From positions 1,240,001 to 1,304,000 of the forward strand of contig OZ176051.1 in the NCBI GenBank assembly GCA_964247055.1: a DNA stretch of 64,000 bases, read 5' to 3'. This document shows positions 50,523 to 62,235 of the stretch, piece after piece (the stretch's first letter is position 1; every line of letters begins with the position of its first letter). The position numbers and the translations under genes were made by a program. The notes beneath the pieces were generated by a model. The model made no database searches. It was not told the origin of the DNA and was given only the letters and a program-made list of their open reading frames with translations. Source of the stretch: Paragordius varius. Lineage: Eukaryota > Animalia > Nematomorpha.

Positions 50523-53500
50523 ATGGGGTTACTAACCACTGGTCACCCTTTAACATGGGAAGAAACTAACAAAGAGAAAAACAAAGTTAAAGAAAAAGGT
50601 CTAAAACAATTTATACACACTTTCCACAAACTAAAGGATAGAAAAACGCCATGTCTAATGTGGGGCGATGAAGTATTTTTTTATATTTATTAAAGATTGA
50701 ATATATGCTTGTTTCTTTTGATGATCAAATTCCCAAGGCAAAAGTTTTGTTAAAAGGTGAGAAGCTCATCGAAGAGTTAAACGAAAATGGGTTTTTATTT
50801 TTCTTACATTTTCAGCGATCCTGATTTTGTTTGGAATCCCGAGTTCGCCTCTTACATGGTTGAAGGAACGCCTGGAAGTCCATACAAAGGAAACATGGCA
50901 TATTATAATATTGTAGAGTTAAATATGAAAAACAGGTATATGCAGACGTTTCAAAGATAAAAATTTTGACAGAAAATATAAGGATAAATTTATACTAAAA
51001 ACCATATATACATTTTAAAATTAGGAATTCCGAATATAAATATGAATGTTACCAAATTACATATCTATACCATTTGCTTTTCAAGAGTGTCCTTGAACAC
51101 TTCAAGTTGGTCCTTGAACATTTCCAGTTGGTCTTTGAACATTTCAAAATGATCTTTGAACACTTTAAGTTTGTCCTTTAACTTTTTTGTTTTGTTTTAA
51201 TTTTATCAATCAAATCGTAAATCATTTATCTATTTTATGGTTTTTGACATATTTTCAATTTAACATAATTTTAAATTAATATTAACTATTAATAATTGAA
51301 AACTGTATATCTCTTTTTTATTTCTTAAAATCATTTTGGATATTTATAAGATTTTAATACTTAATTAAAAAATATATAAGTTTACTAGGTTATTATTTAC
51401 ACTTTTTCATTGAAAACATTCACAAGTTAATAATTTTGTTTAATTGGAAAAAAATTAATTTAAAGCAAAAAAGTGGTTTTTAATTAAAATTTTTTATTTT
51501 TTAATAAATAAATATATAATAAATAAAATTAGGTTAAAAATAAAAAAATAAATGCAAAACTTATGGTTATTTTAAAATTTAAAAATTCTAAGGAGCAACG
51601 AAGTGTTCAAGGACACTCTTGAAGTGCAAATGGTATATTTCGCTTTAAACGATAGGTTAAAAAAATATAGTTTTAAAAAGTTTTCTTTAAAATTATTAGT
51701 CTTTTTATGAGTTCTCTTAATATATTTGATTTTTACTGGTTTATTCATATTCTTATTATTTTAATAGGCGAGACGCAATTAGATCCTTACTTTTACCCAA
51801 TGAAACAGTTTTAACTATCCCTTCATTTCCCAGGTCTTTATTTTTTTATCTAAAAATAAATTTCTATGGTTAATATATATTTGTTTGACCGTTTATTAAT
51901 GACCATTGTAAAATTCATATATGTTTTTACAATGGTGTAAACTGGCATAAAACTTAATTAACCAGGAATATCTAAAATTTGGAATATATCAAAAGTTTTT
52001 TTGATTATACCATTAAAAGCCATTTTATTGATTAATTTTATTTTGTTTTTTACACCATATATATTTAATTGTGTTGTTAACTGACCAGTTATGACCTTAA
52101 ATAAGTCCATTTATATGAATGCATTTAATTTTAAGTGGTTAAAAACCTAATTTAGACATACTATTTTAAATTTTTTTATACAAATTATTAAAAAATTTTA
52201 TCAACAGATTAGGTTGCGATGATTTTTGTGATCCAATAACTCGAACGAGTCCTGGTTCTGGCGTTATGCAATCCCTTTACGTTCCTGACCGCTGTGCTAA
52301 CAATTCTCATCCAAGATTTTTGTAATTCACTTTATTTCTATCGTAAAAAAATTTATTTTAGTTTAACAATTTATATTTATTTTGTTTAAGGAAAAAATAA
52401 TATTGTTTTTAAAAACTATTTTCGGAAATTTTTTTGGTTTCGACTCAGTTTTTTTTCAAGGTCTAGAATGGTTTTGATTTGGCTTCTATTTTCATATTTC
52501 AAAGAAAGTGTTTATAATTTTTGAATGTAAATAAAAGCAAAAATAATTTAAGTGCTACTTTTTATTTATATATAAGGTTGTTTTAAAAAAATCTTAATCT
52601 TAATATGGTTAAAGAAAAATATTTTGAGACCATATCAACCTATTTTAAAAATATTTTATAGCTTGAAAACAAGTTTTAAATTTAATAAATTCTTCAAATT
52701 TAAATTTTTAATCAAATATTTTTATTTACAGAACACTGGCCGGTAATATAAAAGCCCGAAAAGGACGAAAAGTCTACATAAATATTCCAAGTATTTTACT
52801 TTATAAGAAAAACTTTATTACCGTAAAATCTAAACTATATTTGCAAATAAAATAACTAGTTATTTTATCAAAATCCATCTTTTTAAAGTTTTATTTCTAA
52901 TATGACCTATCGATTCTATAAAGAAAAATAAGGTCAAATTTTTATAAATCAATTTTAGATATAAATCTCAAATTAAATATAATCTCTGATATATATTTTC
53001 CAGTTTATCAAGATGTCAACACTCCAAAACCTTTCAAAGAAAGATTTGACCATTTAGGTCCACCTGAGGTTGTTAATGAAAGCATGGAAGTGAGTATTCC
53101 TAATCACATTTACATGGATTGCATGTGTTTTGGCATGGGATGTTGCTGTTTACAAGTTTCACCCACATATATTTTTTTATAGCTATTTTTGAGTGTGAGT
53201 TTTGAAATTTTAAGAAAATAAAAATATAAATTTTGTTTCGGATTTCAATTTTGAATATATTTGAGTTAAATGGTTTAAGAATGGTGGCCAATTAATTTTA
53301 AGTGCTTAAATTGTTTTAGGATTTTAATTTTTTTTACATTTAAATGAAATTATTTTATGCTTAAAATGCTTAAGAACGTGTCTCAATTTGATTTGTTCGT
53401 CATTTATAGACCCTTTTGTCAATGAAATATTTATGATATGGTTTTGCCAAATTTTTGATTCGAATCGAAACATTATTCAATACTGTAGTGTAATGTTATA

Positions 53501-56500
53501 TTGAACAATTAAAATGTATGGTAAAAATATTTTTTTACAAAATTAATTCCTTAGGTAACTTTCCAAGCTTGCAATATTGAGGAAGCCCGTTACTTATATG
53601 ATCAACTTGGTGCACTTTGTCCAATTATGGTATATACAAATCAGAAAAATCAAAAAAATTGTAAAAATTTAACTGAATTTCACAAGAAAAACATTATTTT
53701 CGAAACCTTTACCTTTTTCAAAATAAATTTTCTAGGTTTTATTAAAATCATGCAAAAAATATGATTTTTCCTATAAAATTTGCATTTTATGTTTTGTGCC
53801 TTTATAATTTTAATACATATTTTTTAAATTTTTTTAGAATTTATTTCAAAATTTTGTTTAATAATTTGTGAATTTAGCTGGCTTTAACTGCCGCATCGCC
53901 TATCTTCAAAGGCTATCTTTCTGACCGTGATTGCAGGTGGGATGTTATCTCAGGTTCAGTCGATGATAGAACTCAACAGGAATTGGGTATTCAGGTATCA
54001 AAAAGTCAAATTAACCTTTTTGTAATAAGATTATAAGAAAAAACCGATTTTTTAACTATTTCAAGGCATTTTCAGATTTTAAAATCTTAGTTTTTTTAGA
54101 TGTGACGACCGTTAAAAGTTTCAAAAGTTTATTTTTTACTAATTATTGGCTAAAATTAATAAAAAAAATAATATTTTTACTGAATCAAAACTTGACCATC
54201 ATTAAAAACAATAGAATCAAATATTTCTATGGCAGAATAAACTTAATAGTTTTATAAATCTAAATAATATCAAATTGATTAATCTAAACTATGCGATATT
54301 AACCACACTATTTTAGTAAATAAATTTTTAACCGAATTATAGTTATCATAAATAATATGTGGATTATAAACAATGCAATTATAACCATTTTTTTACCAAA
54401 AATAAATTTGAACCTTTCGACTCATCTTGATCGAAAATAATGGTGTAATCAAATATTTTTAGTAAAATATACGTAACAAATCCTACATCAATTATGAAAT
54501 TGTTTAGAACTAACGCCATATTATAAACTAAAACCAATCCTTTTTTAAAACAATGCAATTCTTATCTATTTTATTCCAAGACAAACCTTATTTAACTCGA
54601 ATTTACCCCAAAACAGTTTTTCATTTTTTGATAAACCATATCTCTTTTCTAAGTATGCTAAATATCAACTGTCTCTATGCTTCAATAGCCACCAGTGCAA
54701 ACAAACAATCAAATTCCAAAGTCTTCACCCCTCAATTTTGGTGGTAATTTACGTAAACCGCGTTCAAATTCTTTTGAATCATCTAATACAAATCCTCCCC
54801 CAATCATTCGTAAAAGTCGATATGATAGCATAGATTGTTACATATCTTATGCTGGTAAGGCTTACAATGATATTCCCCTGGTTTATGATCCAACACATCT
54901 CGCTATGTTACTCGAAGCCGGAGTTGATGAGTTATTGGCTCAACACGTTGCGCACCTTTTTATACGGGATCCTGTCCTTTTGTTTGCTGAAAAGCTCGAA
55001 CAAACGGACCAAGAAATTGACCATTTTGAAGTATAAACATCCGTTTTCTTTTGAGTGAATATTATCGTTTTGTTTTTAACTAGTGTCTTCTCATATATAA
55101 ATAGTTAGCCACAACCCTTTATCTCGCTTAATAAATTATAAAAAATGGTGTGGAACTTAAATTTAACATAAAAAATTGTGAAATTTCAATTCCATTTAAT
55201 TTTTTTACTGTATTCAAATCATTTTTAATGGATCACTTGATTTTGTTTGGTGTGATTACTACATTGGCATGATAATGACTTTTTTTGATTATAAATGAAT
55301 GTATTCATATGTGGTTAGATCAGTTTACTAATTGAGGCTACCTATAAACATTTATTATATGTACTCATTATATATCAGAATATTCAATCCACAAATTGGC
55401 AAACTATGCGCTTTAAACCGCCCCCTCCCAACACAGATATTGGCTGGAGAGTTGAATTTCGACCTCAAGAAGTTATAATTTTTTATTTTTTATGCGCAAA
55501 AATGAATATATAATTTTTAATAAACATACGTTTTAGATCCAATTGACAGATTTTGAAAACGCAGCCTATGTTATATTCATTGTTTTGTTAACTCGTGTTA
55601 TACTCTCCTACAATCTCAATTTCCTTATTCCCATCTCTAAAGTAGATGATTTTAACTATTTAGTTCATTAAAAATCAAAAGAATTTTAATTGTACGTTTA
55701 TTCATTGGTTAACAGTAAAGATATTTGAGTAAAAAGCCGATAATTTTTAAATAGAAACCTTATTATATATTTTTAATTATAATTTTGAATTGCCAAATGA
55801 GTAAAAACGATTGTTGACACCGTATTTATTTCACTATTTTAACTATATAGGATATACAGAAAAAAGATAAAAATGGTTTTGTTTATCAAAAATTTTAAGT
55901 TTTCCCATTCATATTCATGGTATTTTGATTTTTATAAGCATATTTCGTTAAAGATTTATTTGTATTGACCTTTGAAAAAATTTAATTTGTTATGATATTA
56001 GATGGAAATTAATATGTGTGAAGCACAGAAACGAGATGCAGTATTAAATGGCAAATTTTTCTTCCATTACAAAAATTTTGCTAAAAATATGGACGTTATT
56101 CAATGCGAGGAATGTGCCATAAAGCAAGAGGAGAAAAATTACAATGATAGGTATTAATTTAATAAGTATACAGTAAATTATGAAAATAAAAAAGTTTTTA
56201 TATATATAAGGACGCAATTAAAACGTGAAAAACTTGCATTTTTTGAAGTCAATCATATTTATAGCTTTTTATTTTTTCTATTGACCTATATGGATCCATA
56301 ACCGCTATGTAACAAATTGTTTTATATGTTTATAGAAAAAAATGAGAAAGCTTTATGAACAATGACAGTTTATCTCTAAAATTGCATCTTTATATAAAAT
56401 AACCATAAACTTTTATTGTATTATCTATTGTCCTTCTTTAAATTTTACTGACTATATTTAATGTTTTGTAAAATTTTAAATAATTTTGTTATAATAATGA

Positions 56501-58122
56501 TTTTTAGCCGTCGATCTTCAGCAGATACCTCTCAGGCCAGCACCCAAAACAATACATCATCACCGCAAAATTTACAAAAAGACTTTCCTCACAATACCTC
56601 CTCACCGAATGGGTCCATACCTCGCTTAGAAAATGGGTTTAATTCGCCCTTGACTGATCTTAAAACACCACCACCAGGACAGTTTCAAAAAAGTGAAAAT
56701 AAAGAAGTTCTTTCCTGTTCTAGCGATTCTGGTTGTGCTGCTCGGAATTGTGCCTCATGCTTTTCGCCGGCTTCTCCTTCCGATTGGAAACTCATGTCTT
56801 GCGATGAAATTATCAATGGAAATGTAAGTGGAAATGTTTTTTTAAAATGTTTAGATACGAAATTTTTGAATTTTAATTTTCTAAAAATATTGAATGATTG
56901 GCTGTTATAATTTGTAGTTATTTATAAAATGTTTCAAATAAGCTGAAGCTATGTTTGGCTTTTCTGCATACTTTTTGATGCTTTTAGTTAAAGCTAATTT
57001 CACATATGATTAACAACACGTGTTTTAAACTAATTATTAATTTAATTTTTTATGTTAATATGCGGTTTTTTATTTATATATTGTTTCCTAAGAATTATTT
57101 TAATTAGCGTGATTTTTTATATATGTTTAGCGAGAATTCCCAGGTTTGGTGCCCTTAGTTAAAAACTACATAAACAATATGGAGATGGATGTAACTACAC
57201 GATGTAACATTCACCAATATCTCAAACTCATTCAAAAACGGGCTACTGGTAAATTTTAGCAACATACAAATAGTTAACTATTTTACTTATAATCCATTTT
57301 TATTTTTGGAACATATTGGAAAAAATAATTTCTTTTATCTAAAAAATGCGAAATTTTTCTATGCATTAAAGCATTTTATCTATGTCACGTGCCGCATGAG
57401 GCCCTCAAACTGATTTTTTGGCCATTTTATGCAAAAATATCAAATTTTTTAAGGTTATGTTGGCGATTCCGGCTTACAACACTATATTATGGAGCAATTT
57501 AATGCGCCTATATTTTAAAATATAAGGAATTCTCCATTTAATATAATTTATCATATCTAGTTAATAGCAAATTATTCGTTGTTAGTTTTTACATCGTTAG
57601 CAAAAAACGTTATTAAACCAAAAAATTGTTTTTAATTAAAATGGTGTTTTTCAATCATATATTTTCCTTATATATATTATGTTCCTTAAGTGCTGGTATC
57701 TGGTATGGTTAGCTCTATATTTATTAGTCTCATAAATTTTTATATCCAAATATATTACAATAAAAATATAAGATTTATTTAAGAATCTTTATTTTTTACA
57801 TAACACAGGTGAAATACCGACTATGGCACGATTCACGCGTGATTTCGTGATGCGACACCCAGATTATCGCAAAGACAGTAAAGTTTCTGACCTTATAAAT
57901 TATGATTTTTTACGTCTTTGCGATAAAATGACCAAAGGACAAATTAGTTGTCCCTTTCTGTTGGGCGCAAATGAATTTCAAATCCCTACGCTGGAATCGA
58001 TTCAAAGTTCCATAAAGCATCATGAAAGACGCTCCAGTAAAGAACAGCAAACTGCAGATTTACTTTTGCACACTAACATTACCAGTCCCTCGTCTGAAAG
58101 TGTTAATGTACAATCTCCATAA
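50523..58122 (+). CDS. GCLC: Glutamate-cysteine ligase catalytic subunit, about 16 exons
   Basis: [104 protein letters not shown]; ends at the 57823-58122 ORF. First introns 50673-50695 (23 nt) and 50791-50815 (25 nt). Confidence 0.95.
51068..51635. mobile_element. MITE with about 36-bp TIRs, TA-flanked, carrying a 21-bp tandem array (about 51093-51180)
   Basis: Left TACCATTTGCTTTTCAAGAGTGTCCTTGAACACTTC; right GAAGTGTTCAAGGACACTCTTGAAGTGCAAATGGTA; TA on both sides; lies in GCLC intron 3. Confidence 0.85.
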
Positions 58123-59868
58123 AAATTTTAGTGATATACGGTTAAAATTAAAAGACTTAAAATGTAAAAGTTTTTTGATATAGAAAACCATTTTTTCGCT
58201 TAATTTTGCTTGAAATATTAAAGTGTAATAAACTAAAAATTTATTCAATATCTATCCCAAACTATCTTGAAACTCATAGTATAATGAAATATGGGTTACT
58301 TTAGTAAAAAAAATTGTCTTTTTCTCTATATAATTATTAGCAATTTTAAAACTCTATCATACGCAAGTTAAATATATATATACTCTTGTTACACACTTTA
58401 CTTAATTTAAGGGTACCAATTCATTTTCTATTATTAAATTTCTTTGCATATGTTATAGAAAATTTATATATTGTGTATAAATTTTGTGTTAATAACACAA
58501 ATCTATCCGCATTCATAATAATGTTGATTTATCGTTGATCTTAGCATATATATTTTTAATTAATTATAATTTATTTAATATAGAAATGTCTCATCTCATT
58601 TAGTAAACCATAATCTTAATAAATGATGTATATATATCATTTGAAATTCGGATAAAAATGGGCTTGACAATTTTGTTAACTAATATTTAACACTTAAAAA
58701 AGAATTTTTTCGAACATTATATAAATAAACAATCTTCATAATTTAAAACCTTATTGATACCACTTAAAACGTGATATATTTTGACCATAAATTTATTTTT
58801 TTTGATTAAATTTTAAGATAATAAAAGGTCCGGTATACATTTAAATCATAAATTAAAATATGAGTTAAAACATTCTTTTATATAAATACATGTGAATTAA
58901 TATTTATTTTCTATTAATGTTACCATAAAAAGTTTCAAAATCGAAATAGGAAAAATTTAATACCAAATAAAAATGGGTGGGGTGATAAAAAATTTTTTGA
59001 CTTGACTTGCAAGTTTTTGATTCCTGGCTTGCTTTCATGGGATAAAAAAAATTTAACATTGGACGATTTAAGCCAAGCAAGAAAACTTGATTCGGAGGTG
59101 ATAAAAATTTATATGATCAAGTAAATCATAAAATTTAAAAATATGGAAAAATTATTTTGGAAACTATTTATGTATATAATTTAGGTTTTATATAATTAAA
59201 ACTGTTAATGCTATAAATTGTTATTTGATAATTTTTGGCTAATTAAATTATTCAAGGATGGATGCAAAAGGGGATAATTTTTGAGAAAAACTCTTCTAAT
59301 ATTTAAGAGCAATGCATAATATGCTAAAATTATCAATTCTGAGAACCCGTAAAAAATTTGATTCTCAAAAATATATTAAATCAATAATTAAATACATTTG
59401 TGTTAAAGAAAAATAATAATGCTAATCGTTTTTTTGACCATTAAAACATATGAAAAGTTTTCATCAAAACTGTAATGTTGATGATCAATAAAAACAATAT
59501 GTTAAATTGTAAACATCTTCCTATTATATTTGCAAATAGACTCCTAACAAAATGAGTAGTGTGATAAAATAACACAAATGTTTTCAAGGAGGAGTTACAT
59601 CAACTTAAATTTTAGTTACCGGGCTCAATATTTAGAAAAATTCATATTATTAAATAAGATACGTGTCGCTGAGTTTGAAAAACTTCAATAAATGCATATT
59701 GTAGTGATGGCTTATCTTTGCGTGCCTTTTATTAATTTTTTCCGTAAAATTAAATTGGGTGGCAAAATGTTACATTTATAAGCAAAAGTCCTGACTTAAG
59801 TGTTTTTTTATCACCGATCTTCAAGTGTCTCTTTTTTATCATGCCATCCAATGAATGCATAGTTAAAC

Positions 59869-60173
59869 ATGGATGGTGAAGATAGCGAGGAGCATCTTGA
59901 CCTGCTAAAATTGCTGGACAAATTTAATAGTGATGAAAAAACAACCACTACAAGTTAGCATACATTTTTTATCCAGATAAATTATTTGATAAAATGTTAC
60001 AAATAAAGGATATGCAAGATAAATTGGTGGAAAAACATTTTAAATTTTGTCAGGAGCAAGAAGATGAAACTGAGCCAGAAAAGCTAAGAGTTTCCAATGA
60101 AGCTAAAATTAATAACTTAATGGAGGATTTAGTTAATATTAACAATTCTTTGCATTTATTAAGTGATCAATAA
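59869..60173 (+). CDS. CCDC28: CCDC28-like coiled-coil protein, 2 resolved exons (missed by the ORF track)
   Basis: MDGEDSEEHLDLLKLLDKFNSD../NKLFDKMLQIKDMQDKLVEKHF..AKINNLMEDLVNINNSLHLL resembles the CCDC28A/B core as I recall it (LLNLLNDFHSG..HVREMQEKLARLHF..NLEDLSNSI). 23-nt intron 59954-59976. Upstream exons unresolved. Confidence 0.7.
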
Positions 60174-60180
60174 ATATAAT

Positions 60181-60528
60181 TTACTTTATATACTTTTTAT
60201 AAATAATTAGCATCAATGTAATCACTTCTAAAATTATTATTGTTATTAGCAAAAACTTATTTGTTAAACTTCTAAAAATAGAAAGAATATAACTTTTGAA
60301 ATGTTTGCCTCACTATTCTGTTTGTGTGTAAGAGTCCGTCATTGGATTTATGAATCTATAATAATTCAATAAGATACATTTGATTGTGCATTCAATAGAA
60401 TTTCTTTTTGATTACTCAGATCTTGTAAAATATTGTTGGCTATATGACTTGTTTCATGGGAAACTTGTAAAGATTTATACAAAGGCGCATCTGTCCCTAC
60501 AAGTAACTTAACCATGTAAAATGAATCG
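60181..60528 (-). CDS. VTI1: Vti1-type Qb-SNARE, SNARE motif and TM exons (missed by the ORF track)
   Basis: KLLVGTD..SLQVSHETSHIANNILQDLSNQKEILLNAQSN/IHKSNDGLLHTNRIVRQTFQK/SLTNKFLLITIIILEVITLMLIIYKKYIK*. Two 22-nt introns (60377-60356, 60293-60272). N-terminal Habc exons unresolved. Confidence 0.8.
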
Positions 60529-60939
60529 CTGTTTCAATTACATTATGGTTTACAGTTGTATTTTATCACATTATGCGCAATCGAGCCTTAAGACTTTTAT
60601 ATTTAATATTTAAGATATTCTAAAAAATTATGCATTTTTTGCCTTTAAGACTTATAATTATTTTTTCTTAATTTTATAAAAATTTTCTTCATCTCAAATC
60701 AATTATCAATTAGTGGCTCTGGTTAAACCGCGGTAATAAAAATTTAACAATCCATTTATATTAAATTTTCCGGTTTTTATGGTAGAGCAGGCGCTTTTTT
60801 AAAATAATATTGTTTTCTGAGAATTTTTTTCCCGATAGAGCTTTGATTAAAACAGACCATATCTAGACCAATTATAGTTTTATCCAAATAATTAACATCA
60901 TATTAAATATTTTTTTCATCTATTAGTTTAATTTTAGAT

Positions 60940-62185
60940 ATGTGGCTTTGTCATTTTATTCATGAGTCGAAGGCTATGAACAAATCACTTAGAAATTTTA
61001 TCAATAGAACAGGATGGCATAGAGAAATTTTAGATTATGGCAATGATTGTATTAAAATTCAATATCAATAATCAATATATTAACATGCGAAAGGTGGTTA
61101 CAACGAATGTTTTTTAATATTTTTAACATAATCTACACAGATTGATAAACTTTGCTATTGCTAGATTAGTAAGTTTTTTTACCCATAATTAAGGGATATT
61201 TGACCTTCCAGATTTAAAAATTTATCAACGGAATGGCGCATATATAAATGAAATGTAAAACTATAACTAAAACAAATCTATATGTTTTTTGGTAAATTGT
61301 ATAAAAATATTATAAAATCTTTTAGATAAATAAGACAGATATTTATATATACCATTTACAATTCAAATATACCCTTAAACAATTCAAATTCACCCTCAAA
61401 TAAATTATATGTTTTTTAAGATTAAAATTTACCTTATAGTAATATTAAATAATAAACATGCCACAAAGATATATTTCATATTAATAACTTATATTAGTTC
61501 GAAAACACATAATTTATTTTTAGGGTGAATTTAAATTGTTCAAAGGTAAATTTGAACTGTAAATGGTATAATTTTAAAAATTTACTGTTAACATATAATT
61601 TTATAAGAACGTATTTACTATTTTAGAATTATGAGTTTTAACAATTTAACATTGGTCGCGTTAACTTCAATACCGTATTGGTATGGGGTAGGGGAGGTGA
61701 AATATTGTTTTTATGAAAAAAGACATTACAAATATTCACTTCAACAATATTATTCATGGCGCCCAGATACTTTGGAATGGGAAAGAATTGTTTTAACCGA
61801 AGATCAGCTGACGAAACAAATTGAACCCTTTTATAGTCATTATATTTTACATATAAAATATCCAGAAATTAGAGAAATCATATACAGTAATAGTTATAAG
61901 GAACAAGATTATACAAATGTTGATGGCTATGATAGGAATAAAGTTGTAAACATCATTAAAGAATATGTTGAAAAATAGAAAGCCATGCAGAATAATGAAT
62001 TGAAAACTGCTATAAATTCATTGCTAATCAAATTATTTGAACAGTCTACGGATGTAACCACAGAACTTACAAATGTAAATCTTATCGATGATTCGACTGA
62101 AATTTCTTCCAGAAAATTTAACAGTTGGTGGCTTTTTACAGAATGTTATTTCAATAATCCGTTGTATACCATGAATATGCATTAA
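60940..62185 (+). CDS. Orphan aromatic-rich protein, predicted 3-4 exons
   Basis: Phase-compatible exons 60940-61048, 61194-61254 and 61627-61978; ORF 61985-62185 continues in the same frame after a single TAG. No family recognised. Confidence 0.45.
61350..61568. mobile_element. 219-bp MITE, TA-flanked, with long imperfect TIRs
   Basis: Left TACCATTTACAATTCAAAT..CCCT.AAA; right TTTAGGGTGAATTTAAATTG..ATTTGAACTGTAAATGGTA; shares its terminal TACCATTT with the 51068 element. Confidence 0.8.
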
Positions 62186-62235
62186 GTGATATTTTCTGGA
62201 TTTTTTAATAAAACAATTACTAAACACAACATTTA

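Noticed and set aside
59008-59090. Imperfect stem (CAAGTTTT/AAAACTTG, TGGCTT/AAGCCA) as an ncRNA
   Set aside because: Pairing is short and interrupted; no tRNA, snRNA or snoRNA box motifs recognised.
4959-60377. Stop-codon reassignment as an alternative to tiny introns
   Set aside because: Most interruptions are not multiples of three, all are bounded by GT-AG, and long ORFs terminate normally at TAA/TAG.
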